Shown here piece after piece: positions 17,119 through 28,753 of a stretch of 64,000 nt of DNA (the stretch's first letter is position 1; every line of letters begins with the position of its first letter). Position numbers and translations under genes: made by a program. Source of the DNA: Candidatus Latescibacterota bacterium (lineage in GTDB: Bacteria > Latescibacterota > UBA2968 > UBA8231); the NCBI GenBank assembly GCA_965221775.1, contig CBDCSU010000004.1, positions 512,001 to 576,000 of the forward strand, in the 5' to 3' direction. A model generated the notes under the pieces. It saw nothing but the letters and a program-made list of their open reading frames with translations, had not been told where the DNA came from and ran no database searches.

Positions 17119-20100
17119 TCAGGCCGCGGCGGCGGCCGGCTGGAAGTCGCGGCGAATCCAAACGAGGATGCAGGCGTTGGCGATGCTCAGCCCCGCCAGC
17201 ACCAGTTGCAGCGTCGGCTCGGGGACGGCCACGAAGGCCAGACCCGCGTTGGCCGCCAGCGTCGCCAGGGCCAGCGGCCAGGCCGGGGGCTGGCGCTTGT
17301 AGAGGCCGTAGCCCAGGCCCCAGCAGATCAGACCCAGGACGAGGTAACCCTCCCCCCGCCAGAGGCTGGCCTCGCCGAGGCCGATGACGCCGATGATGTA
17401 GTACCAGGTGCCGAGGGCCAGGAAGTTGTAGACCAGCCAGGTCACGAAGCCGCTGACATAGGTCCCGTACCCCCGGCGCAGCATGATGACGAAGCCGGAG
17501 AGAGCCACCGCGAAGGGCAGGACGAAGACGGAGACCCAGAGGACGACGCTGCCCGCCGTGCCGACCAGGTTGATCGGGTTGAACCTCGGTTGCTTCGGCG
17601 GGATCGTCAGGCTCTCCTCGCCCTCGGTGAGCCAGCGGACGGCGGCGGCCAGCAACTCGCCGTTGGCCTGCTGGCCGATGTGCTGGTTGCGGGCGAAGTC
17701 GGCATCTCCGAAAACCACGATCCGGGTGCCGTCGCCCTCCGCCGCCGAGTCGGCCTCGGCCGTGGCCGCCACCGCCAGGGACAGGGGGCCTGGGCGGTCG
17801 CTCTCCGGATCGAAGTCGATGGCGCCCCCTTCGTCGCCCGTGAGCACGCTCAGGTCGGACTCGCCCCAGGCGTTGCGGTCGGTGAAGACGAGGGCCTCCA
17901 CCTCGAAGCCGCCCGCGGCGGGGCTCACCGACCGCGCCATGGGGAAGAAGCTCATCTGGCCGCCGACGGCGCCCTCCGTGATCGGGTGATCGCCGTAGCG
18001 CAGGACCACCGGCACCGAGACGTCGGTGCCGAGGAGCTGTCCGAGACCGCTCAGGTCGACGACGAAGTCGTCCCCGATATCGATGTCGTAGTCGTCGCGC
18101 AGGAGGGTCTCCAGGCCGCTGTCCCGGCCGGGATCGACCAGGAGCAGCAGGTCGCCTCCCCGCTCCATGAACCGGCGCACGTCTTCGACCTCGGCGGCGC
18201 TCAACGGACTCCGCGGCCCCAGGACGGCCAGGGCCTGCACCTGCGAGAGGTCGTCGGCGCCGGGCTGGAGGGGGTCGAGGATCTGCAGGTTCATCTCCTT
18301 GAGCCGCCCGTTGAGGATGCTGTAGCCCTCCCCGTCGACGTCGGTGAGGCGGCCCTCTCCGTGGCCTCCGACGAAGCCGATGGCGCGCTCGTCGGCGGCC
18401 AGGGCCCGGCGGAGGGCGTTGCTCAGGGCCTCCTCGCTCTGCTCTGCGAAGCGCTCGGTCACCACCTGGCCGCCGCCCGTGACCTCGACGATGGAGGTGC
18501 CCCGCTCGCGGATGCCGTAGCGGCGCACCAGGAGGGCGTCCTTCTGGGGATCGACGGTCTCGAAGTCGAAGCGGCGGGAGCGGTATCCGTACTCCTTGGC
18601 GATCTCCTGGAAGCGGCCGCCTTCCATGTCGGACATGAAGGTGCGGACCTGGATGTACTTGCCCGCGTCGTCGGCCTCGCGCAGCAGCTCCAGGCTCTCG
18701 GGGGCCAGGGTGAACAGGGCGTCCTCGGTCAGGTCGAGGCGCCAGTGATAGCGGTCGCCGAGGTAGTTCAGCAGGCCGAGAACACCGAGGGACAGGGCCA
18801 CGCCGAGACCGGCGGCGGCCAGGTCGCGCAGGCTCCAGCGGCCGGACCGCGAGACGACGACGAAGCCGGCGGCGGCGATGGCCGCCGGGTAGATGATCAG
18901 CGTGATCCAGAAGATCCAGTCCGACTGCGCCTCGGTGAGAGCGATGGGGTTGAAACCCGGGTCTCGCGGCCGGATCGAGATCAGGGCCTCGTCCTCGGCG
19001 AGCCAGCTGACCGCGTTCAGGGCCAGGTCGCCGTTGCCCTGGGCGTCGAAGTAGCGGTTGCTGGCGAAGTCGGCGTCGCCGAAGACCACGAGCCGGCCCC
19101 CGGCGGCGGTGTCGGCCACCGCCACCCCGAGGCCGACGGGTCCGCGCCGGTCGGAGCCGTCGAGGCGGACGGTGCGGTCCCCCCCCGACCCCTCGTCCAG
19201 GACCTCGAGGTCCGTCTCCGCCCAGCTCGCCGAGCTGGTCCGGGCCAGGACGGCGGCGCTCGCGCGGTTGGCGGCCACGGCGGCGGAGTCGAGCTCGACG
19301 GAGCGGGCCAGCTCGTAGAAGGTCATGACCTCGCCCCGGTGCCGCACCCCGCCCCGGTGCCGCCGGACGATGGGGTGCCGGTCGTCGTAGGTGGTGACCA
19401 CGGGAATGGTGAAATCGAGTCCGAAGATCGACCCGATGCCGCTGGTATCGATGACGAAGTCGTCACCCGTCACCACCCCCCACTGCCCCATGAGCTCGTC
19501 GAGGCCGCTCTCCTCCAGCGCCTCGGCCAGCACCAGGAGGGAGCCGCCGCGCTGCAGGTAGCTGCGCACGGCTTCGACCTCGTGGCCGAGGAAGGGAGAC
19601 CGCGGGCCGGCGACGATGAGCACGCGGCAGTCCTCGGGCACGCGGGCCTCGCGCGCCAGGAACAGGGAGTCGCGCACCACGTAGTCGATCTCCCGGAGGC
19701 GCTCGGCCAGCCGTCCCAGGTCAGACTCGAGGTTGCCGACGCCCCGCTCGCCGTGGCCCACGGTGAAGCAGACCCGCTCCCGCCGGTCCCGGAGGACCTT
19801 GAGCATGGCGTTGGTGATCTCCTTTTCCGTCAGCTCCGTGAGGCTCTGGCGCTCGGCGCCGGCGGCCAGGACCAGCGTGTTGTAGGCGCGCACCCCGTAC
19901 TCCTGGGTCCTGGCGGGATCGCGGTCGGGATCGACGAACTCGAAGTCGAAGCGGCCGCCGCCGTGCACGGCATACTGCTCCAGCAGGCCGCGCAGCTCCT
20001 CGTCCTCCCCCTCCTCCATGAAGGCGAGGGCCTCCACCTCCTTGTCCAGGGCCTCCAGGGTCTCGATGGTCAGCGGCGCCAGGCTGTGCAACCGGCCCTC

Positions 20101-20376
20101 GGTCAGGTCGAGACGCTGGGGATAGCGGTCGGCGAGAAAGTTCACCATGCCGAGGATGGCCAGTACCAGGAGGCCTCCCCAGAAGGCGTTGAGCCAGCGC
20201 CCGTACTGGCGGAAGAGATCGGGGTTGAGCACTGCCGACACGGCGACCAGCAGCGCCCCGACGCCGGCGTTGGCCGCCGGCAGCCAGACCGCCTCGGGCT
20301 CGAGGAGCATGGCCAGGCCGGCGGCGGCGAGCAGGGCCGCGCCGGCGAGGCTGGCGAAGGTCGAGTAGGGCTTCAT
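17119..20376 (-). CDS. GldG-like ABC transporter auxiliary component, tandemly duplicated (1085 aa)
   Basis: Two copies of RLDLTE, GHGE, DDFV(I/V)D, VVFGDADFA-N, WL-E-E plus TM helices. Start ATG 20376 overlaps the upstream stop. Confidence 0.88.
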   Translation of the reverse strand: MKPYSTFASLAGAALLAAAGLAMLLEPEAVWLPAANAGVGALLVAVSAVLNPDLFRQYGRWLNAFWGGLLVLAILGMVNFLADRYPQRLDLTEGRLHSLAPLTIETLEALDKEVEALAFMEEGEDEELRGLLEQYAVHGGGRFDFEFVDPDRDPARTQEYGVRAYNTLVLAAGAERQSLTELTEKEITNAMLKVLRDRRERVCFTVGHGERGVGNLESDLGRLAERLREIDYVVRDSLFLAREARVPEDCRVLIVAGPRSPFLGHEVEAVRSYLQRGGSLLVLAEALEESGLDELMGQWGVVTGDDFVIDTSGIGSIFGLDFTIPVVTTYDDRHPIVRRHRGGVRHRGEVMTFYELARSVELDSAAVAANRASAAVLARTSSASWAETDLEVLDEGSGGDRTVRLDGSDRRGPVGLGVAVADTAAGGRLVVFGDADFASNRYFDAQGNGDLALNAVSWLAEDEALISIRPRDPGFNPIALTEAQSDWIFWITLIIYPAAIAAAGFVVVSRSGRWSLRDLAAAGLGVALSLGVLGLLNYLGDRYHWRLDLTEDALFTLAPESLELLREADDAGKYIQVRTFMSDMEGGRFQEIAKEYGYRSRRFDFETVDPQKDALLVRRYGIRERGTSIVEVTGGGQVVTERFAEQSEEALSNALRRALAADERAIGFVGGHGEGRLTDVDGEGYSILNGRLKEMNLQILDPLQPGADDLSQVQALAVLGPRSPLSAAEVEDVRRFMERGGDLLLLVDPGRDSGLETLLRDDYDIDIGDDFVVDLSGLGQLLGTDVSVPVVLRYGDHPITEGAVGGQMSFFPMARSVSPAAGGFEVEALVFTDRNAWGESDLSVLTGDEGGAIDFDPESDRPGPLSLAVAATAEADSAAEGDGTRIVVFGDADFARNQHIGQQANGELLAAAVRWLTEGEESLTIPPKQPRFNPINLVGTAGSVVLWVSVFVLPFAVALSGFVIMLRRGYGTYVSGFVTWLVYNFLALGTWYYIIGVIGLGEASLWRGEGYLVLGLICWGLGYGLYKRQPPAWPLALATLAANAGLAFVAVPEPTLQLVLAGLSIANACILVWIRRDFQPAAAAA

Positions 20377-21158
20377 CGGCGCCAGCGCCTCGACTCGAGG
20401 ACGCGGGTGGTGAGGAACAGGCAGAAGAAGATGAAGCTCAGGTAGAACAGGACGTCCGCGGTGTCGATGACACCGCGCTGGAAATCCTGCAGGTGCTGGA
20501 TAATCGACAGGTAGGAGAGCAGCTTGGCCGCCGTGGGACCGGCGAAGCTCGCCGACCAGTCGATCAGCCACAGGAGCAGCAGGGCGCCGAAGGAGAGCAG
20601 CACGGCGACGATCTGGTTCTCCGTGAGGGACGAGGCCAGGACCCCGACGCCGACGAAGGTGCCCCCGAGGAGCAGGTAGCCGAGGTAGGCCGACCAGATC
20701 GGCCCCCAGTCCGGATCGCCGTAGACCTCGAGGATGAGGCAGAAGACGAGGGTCAGGGCGACGATGATCGAGTAGAGGGTCAGAGCGGCGAAGAACTTGC
20801 CGAGGAGGACCTGCACCGTGGAGACGGGCGAGGTCATGAGGAGCTCGATGGTGCCGCTCTTCTTCTCCTCCGCGAAGAGCCGCATGGTCAGCATGGGCAC
20901 CACGAGGAGCCAGATGAAGTCCATGACCGCGAAGAACTGGGTGACCACCATCTCGTTGAGGTTCAGGCTCGGCATGGCCCCCTGCATGAACTGCTGGCGC
21001 TGGCTGAACTGGAGGCACCAGAAGTTGAACTGCATGAGGATGTTGCGGAACAGGTACCCCGACAGGAAGAGGAAGACGCCGGCGATCACGTAGGCCACGG
21101 GCGAGACGAAGTAGGAGCGCAGCTCCTTGGTGTAGATGGCGAGGAAGTTGCGCATCAC
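20373..21158 (-). CDS. GldF-like ABC-2 permease
   Basis: KELRSYFVSPVAY, TMRLFAEEKKSGTIELLMTSP, SSLTENQIVA, F-RGVID. Confidence 0.92.
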   Translation of the reverse strand: MMRNFLAIYTKELRSYFVSPVAYVIAGVFLFLSGYLFRNILMQFNFWCLQFSQRQQFMQGAMPSLNLNEMVVTQFFAVMDFIWLLVVPMLTMRLFAEEKKSGTIELLMTSPVSTVQVLLGKFFAALTLYSIIVALTLVFCLILEVYGDPDWGPIWSAYLGYLLLGGTFVGVGVLASSLTENQIVAVLLSFGALLLLWLIDWSASFAGPTAAKLLSYLSIIQHLQDFQRGVIDTADVLFYLSFIFFCLFLTTRVLESRRWRR

Positions 21159-22108
21159 TGGACTCCTTCGGCTTCGGAGGTGAGACGCAGGAAGATGTCT
21201 TCCAGGGTCATTTCGAGGCTGCGCAGCTCGCGCAGGCCGTAGCCGCCGTCGACGACCGCCTTGGCCAGGGGATCGCGGAGGTCCTGGCCGGGGGCGGCGG
21301 TCACCACGTAGACGCCCTCGCCGGCGGCGGACTCGTCGCCGCGCTCCTCCTTGACCTCCAGCACCCCCGGAATCCCCCGCACCAGGCCGAGGACGTCCTC
21401 CCGGGGCCCGGCGACGCGGGCGCGCAGCAACTCGCCCTCCTTCAACTGCTCCGTCAGGCTCTCCGGGGATCCCTCGCCGACGATGCGGCCCTTGTCGATG
21501 ATGACCACCTTGTCGCAGGTCATCGACACCTCCGGAAGGATGTGGGTGGAGAGGACGATGGTGTGCTCGCCCCGCAGGGACTTGATCATCTCGCGGATCT
21601 CGATGATCTGCTTGGGGTCGAGACCCACCGTGGGCTCGTCGAGGATGAGCACGCTGGGGTTGTGAACCAGGGCCTGCGCCAGGCCGACGCGCTGGCGGTA
21701 GCCCTTGGAGAGGTGGCCGATCAGGCTGCGCCGAACGTGGGCGACGCCGGTCTTCTCCATCGTCTCGTCGATGCGCGAGGAGAGCACCGCCGAGGGCACC
21801 CCCTTGATGCGGGCCACGAAGCCGAGGTAGGCATCGACGGTCATGTCGCTGTAGAGGGGCGGCAACTCGGGCAGGTAGCCGATCCGCCGCCGAACCTCCA
21901 TCGACTCCTCGAGGACGTCGAAGCCGTCGATGGCCGCTGTCCCGGAGGAGGGGGGCAGGTAGCAGGTGACGATGCGCATGGTCGTCGTCTTGCCCGCCCC
22001 GTTGGGGCCGAGAAACCCCAGGATCTGCCCGGTCTCGGCGCGGAAGGTGACGCCCTCGATGGCCGTCACCTCTCCGTAGTGTTTGGACAACTCGCGGACT
22101 TCGATCAC
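21155..22108 (-). CDS. GldA-like ABC transporter ATP-binding protein
   Basis: GPNGAGKTT, LSKGYRQR, ILDEPTVGLDP, STHILPEV, LEDIFLRLT. Confidence 0.95.
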   Translation of the reverse strand: MIEVRELSKHYGEVTAIEGVTFRAETGQILGFLGPNGAGKTTTMRIVTCYLPPSSGTAAIDGFDVLEESMEVRRRIGYLPELPPLYSDMTVDAYLGFVARIKGVPSAVLSSRIDETMEKTGVAHVRRSLIGHLSKGYRQRVGLAQALVHNPSVLILDEPTVGLDPKQIIEIREMIKSLRGEHTIVLSTHILPEVSMTCDKVVIIDKGRIVGEGSPESLTEQLKEGELLRARVAGPREDVLGLVRGIPGVLEVKEERGDESAAGEGVYVVTAAPGQDLRDPLAKAVVDGGYGLRELRSLEMTLEDIFLRLTSEAEGVQ

Positions 22109-22124
22109 GGAAATGACTCTCCTG

Positions 22125-23003
<879 letters not shown>

Positions 23004-23007
23004 GGGC

Positions 23008-24003
<996 letters not shown>

Positions 24004-24065
24004 GAGGACGCCCCTATCCCGGTGCGATCCTGTTTGGGAGTGACGTCATTCCCCGTCGATGGAAC

Positions 24066-24590
24066 TCAAGGCGAGGAGGTGCTGTCCCCTTCCTGGAAGC
24101 TGACCCACTCTTCCGGAGGGCGTCCCACGTGGGGCAGCAGCTGGCGGGCGTTGGCGGCCAGCTCGGAACCCGGGTAGTTGTCTATGACGGCCTGGTAGGC
24201 GGCTTTGGCTGCATCGATGTCGCGGAAGTGCTCCTCGAGGATGAAGGCGACCATGAACTGCGACTCGTCGGCCTCGTCGCTCTGCGGATACTCCGCCAGG
24301 ATGCGCCGGTACCGGGCCACGGCGCCCGCCATGTCGCCGCCCTGCTGGCGCAGGATGGCCAGCTGCTTCAGCGCCCGGGGAACGCCTTCCTCGCCGGCGT
24401 GGGCCTGCAACCAGGCCTCGAGAAGCTCCACCGCCGAGGCTACCCGGGCCGAGTCCCGGGCCGCCGCCTGGGCCGCCTGCAGGGCCTCTTCGAGCTGTTG
24501 ATCGGGAGAAGGGCCGCTGCATCCGGCCCAGGCCCAAAGCATGGCCGCCCCGATCGTTCCGAGGCTTCTGACTCGCCATCGGCTGCTCAT
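24066..24590 (-). CDS. TPR lipoprotein (BamD/CpoB-like tetratricopeptide protein)
   Basis: Lipobox-like WAGC after a hydrophobic stretch; TPRs YRRILAEYPQS and YQAVIDNYPGS. Start re-picked at ATG 24590. Confidence 0.75.
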   Translation of the reverse strand: MSSRWRVRSLGTIGAAMLWAWAGCSGPSPDQQLEEALQAAQAAARDSARVASAVELLEAWLQAHAGEEGVPRALKQLAILRQQGGDMAGAVARYRRILAEYPQSDEADESQFMVAFILEEHFRDIDAAKAAYQAVIDNYPGSELAANARQLLPHVGRPPEEWVSFQEGDSTSSP

Positions 24591-24688
24591 CTCTCTGCCC
24601 ACACTGCTGTCTCTCTGGTCTTGCGGCCGGCGGCCGGTACTCGCATCGGGATAAAGACGCCCTGCCGCCGCCGCGGTTCCCTTCGCCT

Positions 24689-25009
24689 TCAGTCGCCGCC
24701 CGACTTGGGGGGGCTCTTCTTCGCCGAGTCGCCCTTGCCGCCTCCGTCGGACTTGGAGGACGACTTCGAGTCGGCCTTGTCGGCCTTGGCCGCCTTCTTG
24801 TAGCTGTCGCTCCGGTAATCGGTGATGTAGAAGCCGGACCCCTTGAAGAGCAGCCCCCCGCCGGTGCCGATCAGGCGGCGCACCCGGCCCTTCCCCGTGC
24901 CCTTGGGGCACTCCCTCCGGGGACACCTCTTCAGCGGTTCGGCGGTGATTCTCTGGAGCGCCTCGAACCGATGTCCGCATGTCCTGCACTCATAATCGTA
25001 CGTCGGCAT
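24689..25009 (-). CDS. FmdB family zinc-ribbon protein
   Basis: MPTYDYECRTCGHRFE...CPRREC...FKGSGFYITDY plus K/S-rich tail. Confidence 0.92.
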   Translation of the reverse strand: MPTYDYECRTCGHRFEALQRITAEPLKRCPRRECPKGTGKGRVRRLIGTGGGLLFKGSGFYITDYRSDSYKKAAKADKADSKSSSKSDGGGKGDSAKKSPPKSGGD

Positions 25010-25049
25010 GTGACATCTTTCCGATCCTGCGCGGGCCGAAGAATCTCGA

Positions 25050-25078
25050 AAAGTACGCAGATATGTTGGAACGGGCAA
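25050..25078 (-). promoter_or_regulatory. Putative sigma70 promoter of the fmdB-like gene (possibly of the whole downstream Bat/Gld operon)
   Basis: TTGCCC (25078-25073) N17 TACTTT (25055-25050). Confidence 0.45.
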
Positions 25079-25097
25079 CGCCGGACGGGCCCTGCCA

Positions 25098-27134
25098 TCA
25101 GTCCCGGGGCCCCTCCACAACCGCCGGATCGTCGGCCGCCACCAGGGTCAGGGAAGGAAGGTCGCCGCGAGCCATGGAGCGCAGCCGCCCCCGGCCATCG
25201 ATCCTGAGAAGGGTCAGCTCCGAATTGACGCGGCGCGAGGGGGTGAAGCTCACCCGCCCGGAGGCGCCCTCGTAGTTGCGCACGCCGGCGAGATACCTCC
25301 GCAGTTCGGAGCGGCTGCGGTGGCCGGCTCCCCAGCCCTCCATGACAAGGCGGGCGGCGTCGTATCCGGCACTGGCGTAGCCCGGATCCCGGCCGGTGCG
25401 GGCGCGGAAGGCGTTGATGAAGCCGCGCTCCTGCTCCGATCCCTGGCGGCGGGAGACGAAGATGCAGCCTTCCAGGTGCTGGCGCTCGCCGGACCGGAGG
25501 TCCGCGATCTCCTCCGGATCGTACCAGGTACCGTTGCCGATGAGTTGCGTCCGGATGCGGTGAAAGCGGAGCTGCGGAGCGATGGTGAGGGCGTCCTCGA
25601 AGTCCTCGATGATGACCGCCACGCCGTCGATCGACTCGACGAAGATCTCGGTCGAGTCCGGGGGCTGCCTCTTGGGCGCACCCCGGTCGAGGAGGTTCCG
25701 GAAGGTCCACCTCCCTTCCCGCGTCGTGTCCAGGAGAGCCGCCTGCAGCGAGTCGAGCAGCCCGGCGCGGGGCATCGGCGGCGGCTCGATGGAGAAGCCG
25801 ATCCGGCGCAACTCCTGAAACTGCGCCTGGAAGTCCTTCTGCTCTCCGGGATAGTACCACTCGCTGTGGACGATCTGTCCGCCATTGGCCACCGCGGCGG
25901 CGGTGAAGGCCCTCTCGAAGGCGTGGCCGTAGTCGTTCAGCGGCGACAGGATGGCCAGGGTTCGCAGGCCCAGCACGAGGGTTGCGTACTCACCGAGGGC
26001 CTGGCCTTGCACCTCGGCAATCGGGTTCAGCTGAAAGATGTGCCCCCCCAGGGTGTCCAGTCCGCCCTGTTGCGCGAGGGGAGCGATGATCGGCACCCCG
26101 GCTGCTTCGGCGACGACGGCGGCGGCAGCGCAGGAGGTGGAATTGACGGGACCGACGATGGCCTGCACGTCCGCCTGGTGCACGAGGTAGCGGGCCCCGG
26201 AGACGACGCGAAGGAGGCGGTCGCCATCGCTCTGATGGATGGGGACTTCCTCCTCCTCGAAGTCCTCGTACTCGGCGCCGACGTCGACGACGACGAGATC
26301 GAAGGGCTGTCCGAGTTGGTGGTTGGCAAACTCCACACCGGCGAGCAGATCGGCGCCGTACGCCCCCTCGCGGCCGGACAGGGGGGCGAGCACACCGAGC
26401 CGCGGCACCCCCGGCCGGCGGGCGAACCCCGCGGACTCCGGAGCGCGGACCGCCTCCCCACCGGACGGGGAAGGCGGCCCTTCCTCGGGCCCGGACTGTG
26501 CGAGACGGTGGAACATCCCCGCCTCGCCCACGCTGTCGATGTACGCCGACAGCCGCTGGCGGGCGAGCTCGACCCAGCCAAGCCGCGCGTACCAACGCGC
26601 CTCTCCGAAGAGCAGGACATCGCGCAGGCGTCGGGGGCCCAGCTGGCGGCGGACCCGGTCCTGGGCCTCGTCGTCCAGGGATCGGTTCATCACCATCCCC
26701 GCCAGACGCTCGGCGGCGCTCGCCTTTAGCGCCGCGGGACCGGCCCCTTCGAGGAGCCGGACGTACTGCGAAAGGGCCTCGTCGGTTCGTCCCAGGCTGT
26801 AGTAGCCGTCGCCTGCGATCAGCCGGGCATCCGGACCGTAGCGCCCCCCCGAGGCCACCCGCAGCAGCCGGCGCGCCGCCCTCACGGCCCCGGCGGGGTC
26901 GTCGAGGAGCAGGCGGCTGCGGCCGAGCATCAACAAGGCCGGCCGCGTACGCTGGTTGGATGGCAGCTCGGCGACCGCGAGAAAGCGCTCCCCCGCCTCC
27001 CGCCAGCGACCTTGCTCATACGCCGCGAGACCCTGCGAGAACAGGCGTTCCGCCGCGCGCGAATGGCGTCCGTCATCCGGCGCCGCGAAGATCTGGCTGC
27101 CGCCGAGAACGGCCAGCGCCCAGAGGGCACGCAC
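25098..27134 (-). CDS. LpoA/LppC-like protein: N-terminal TPR + type 1 periplasmic binding-protein domain
   Basis: Signal peptide, TPR-like helices, LGVLAPLSG, AIVGPV, GYDAARL, YEGASG. Start uncertain (GTG 27134 or ATG 27206). Confidence 0.78.
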   Translation of the reverse strand: MRALWALAVLGGSQIFAAPDDGRHSRAAERLFSQGLAAYEQGRWREAGERFLAVAELPSNQRTRPALLMLGRSRLLLDDPAGAVRAARRLLRVASGGRYGPDARLIAGDGYYSLGRTDEALSQYVRLLEGAGPAALKASAAERLAGMVMNRSLDDEAQDRVRRQLGPRRLRDVLLFGEARWYARLGWVELARQRLSAYIDSVGEAGMFHRLAQSGPEEGPPSPSGGEAVRAPESAGFARRPGVPRLGVLAPLSGREGAYGADLLAGVEFANHQLGQPFDLVVVDVGAEYEDFEEEEVPIHQSDGDRLLRVVSGARYLVHQADVQAIVGPVNSTSCAAAAVVAEAAGVPIIAPLAQQGGLDTLGGHIFQLNPIAEVQGQALGEYATLVLGLRTLAILSPLNDYGHAFERAFTAAAVANGGQIVHSEWYYPGEQKDFQAQFQELRRIGFSIEPPPMPRAGLLDSLQAALLDTTREGRWTFRNLLDRGAPKRQPPDSTEIFVESIDGVAVIIEDFEDALTIAPQLRFHRIRTQLIGNGTWYDPEEIADLRSGERQHLEGCIFVSRRQGSEQERGFINAFRARTGRDPGYASAGYDAARLVMEGWGAGHRSRSELRRYLAGVRNYEGASGRVSFTPSRRVNSELTLLRIDGRGRLRSMARGDLPSLTLVAADDPAVVEGPRD

Positions 27135-27149
27135 GAGCCGGAGGGTGCC

Positions 27150-27178
27150 TTGTCCGCGGCGAGGGGCCCGGTTACATT
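27150..27178 (+). promoter_or_regulatory. Putative sigma70 promoter of the ClpX-like gene
   Basis: TTGTCC (27150-27155) N17 TACATT (27173-27178). Confidence 0.5.
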
Positions 27179-27226
27179 CGCCCGAGGCCGGTGCTTTCAC
27201 CACCATCGATCTCCTTCGCCCCCACC

Positions 27227-28750
27227 ATGATGAGTCGCTTCGAGAAACCCGGGCTCGACCCGGAGCAGCTCCGCAGGATCCTCGCCGAAGACAACCGGGG
27301 CGAGAAGGAGCCCACCGAATCGGCGGGCTCCGAGACCGCGGGCCCCGGAGAGGGCGCCGAATCCGAAGCACCCGAAGGCCTTCAGCTGGAGTTCCACCTC
27401 AAGCCCGAAGAGCTGATCGCCCACCTCGACAGCTATGTCGTCGGCCAGCCCAGGGCCAAGGCCATCCTCGCCACCAAGATCTGCACCCACTTCAACCGCC
27501 TGAGCCTTCCCCCCGACGAGACCGAGGAGATCGTCGGCCAGATCAAGAACAACATCCTCATGGTGGGGCCCACGGGGGTCGGCAAGACCTATCTCATCCG
27601 CCTCATCGCCCGGCGCCTCGGCGTCCCCTTCGTCAAGGCGGACGCCACCAAGTTCAGCGAGACGGGGTACGTGGGCGGCGACGTGGAAGACCTGGTCCGC
27701 GAGCTGGTGGCCGAAACCGACGGCGACATCGACCTCGCCCAGCACGGCATCATCTACATCGACGAGATCGACAAGATCGCCGCCAGTGGCCGCACCAGCG
27801 GCCCCGACGTCTCGCGCACCGGCGTCCAGCGCAACCTCCTCAAGCTGATGGAGGAGACCGAGGTCGATCTGCGCTCCCCTCACGATCTGCCCTCGCAGAT
27901 GGAGTCGGTGATGCAGATGCAACGCACCGGCAAGGTGGACCGCAAGAAGGTGAACACCCGGCACATCCTGTTCGTCGTCAGCGGCGCCTTCGCCGGTCTC
28001 GAGGAGATCATCCGCCGGCGCCTCAACCGCGGGGCCATGGGCTTTCACCGGCCGGCAGCGGACGGCGCCGGCGTGGTGGTGGACGACTCGGCCATCCTCC
28101 AGCAGCTCCGCGCCGAGGACCTGCTGGAGTACGGTTTCGAGTCGGAGTTCATCGGCCGCCTTCCGGTGGTCGCCGTCCTCGAGGAGCTCTCGCGCGCCGA
28201 TCTCCTCGAGATCCTGCGCAGCCCCAGGAGCAGTGTCGTCCTCTCCAAGGTAAGGGACTTCCTCGCCTACGGCATCGACCTGAAGGTCTCCGACGAGGCG
28301 CTCCAGCTCCTGGCGCACCGCGCCTTCGAAGAGCGGACCGGCGCCCGGGGCCTGGTGAGCGCCGTGGAGAAGGTCCTCCTGGACTTCGAGTGCCGCCTCC
28401 CGTCCCTCGATCTCGAGGCTTTCGACCTCACCCCCGAGGTCGTCGAGGACCCGGCCCGGATCCTGGAGAGCCTGGTGGCGGAAAGCTCGATCCAGACCTT
28501 CACCTCCGGCTTCGAGAGGGACCACGGCATCCGCTTCGAGTTCACCGACCCGGCCCTGGCGTGCCTGCGCGAGCGCGCCGCCTCGGAGGACCGGCTTCCG
28601 GGGCAGATCTGCGCCGACCTGTTCTCCGACTACGGGCACGGTCTCAAGCTCCTGGAGCTCGACCGGTTCGAAATCACGCCCGAGGTCCTGGCCGATCCGC
28701 AGAAGTCCCTCGACCGCATGATCCGCGAGCTCTACGGCGGCCGGGGCTAG
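27227..28750 (+). CDS. ClpX-like AAA+ ATPase lacking the N-terminal C4 zinc-binding domain
   Basis: NILMVGPTGVGKT, GYVG pore loop, IYIDEIDKI, EFIGRLPV, TGARGL; no CxxC N-domain. Confidence 0.88.
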   Translation: MMSRFEKPGLDPEQLRRILAEDNRGEKEPTESAGSETAGPGEGAESEAPEGLQLEFHLKPEELIAHLDSYVVGQPRAKAILATKICTHFNRLSLPPDETEEIVGQIKNNILMVGPTGVGKTYLIRLIARRLGVPFVKADATKFSETGYVGGDVEDLVRELVAETDGDIDLAQHGIIYIDEIDKIAASGRTSGPDVSRTGVQRNLLKLMEETEVDLRSPHDLPSQMESVMQMQRTGKVDRKKVNTRHILFVVSGAFAGLEEIIRRRLNRGAMGFHRPAADGAGVVVDDSAILQQLRAEDLLEYGFESEFIGRLPVVAVLEELSRADLLEILRSPRSSVVLSKVRDFLAYGIDLKVSDEALQLLAHRAFEERTGARGLVSAVEKVLLDFECRLPSLDLEAFDLTPEVVEDPARILESLVAESSIQTFTSGFERDHGIRFEFTDPALACLRERAASEDRLPGQICADLFSDYGHGLKLLELDRFEITPEVLADPQKSLDRMIRELYGGRG

Positions 28751-28753
28751 TCC

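Noticed and set aside
17068-20445. Very long plus-strand ORFs (e.g. 17068-20445, 7399-9582, 55100-57061, 3581-5557)
   Set aside because: Antisense shadows of real high-GC3 genes; no recognisable motifs, and the opposite strand encodes clear families.
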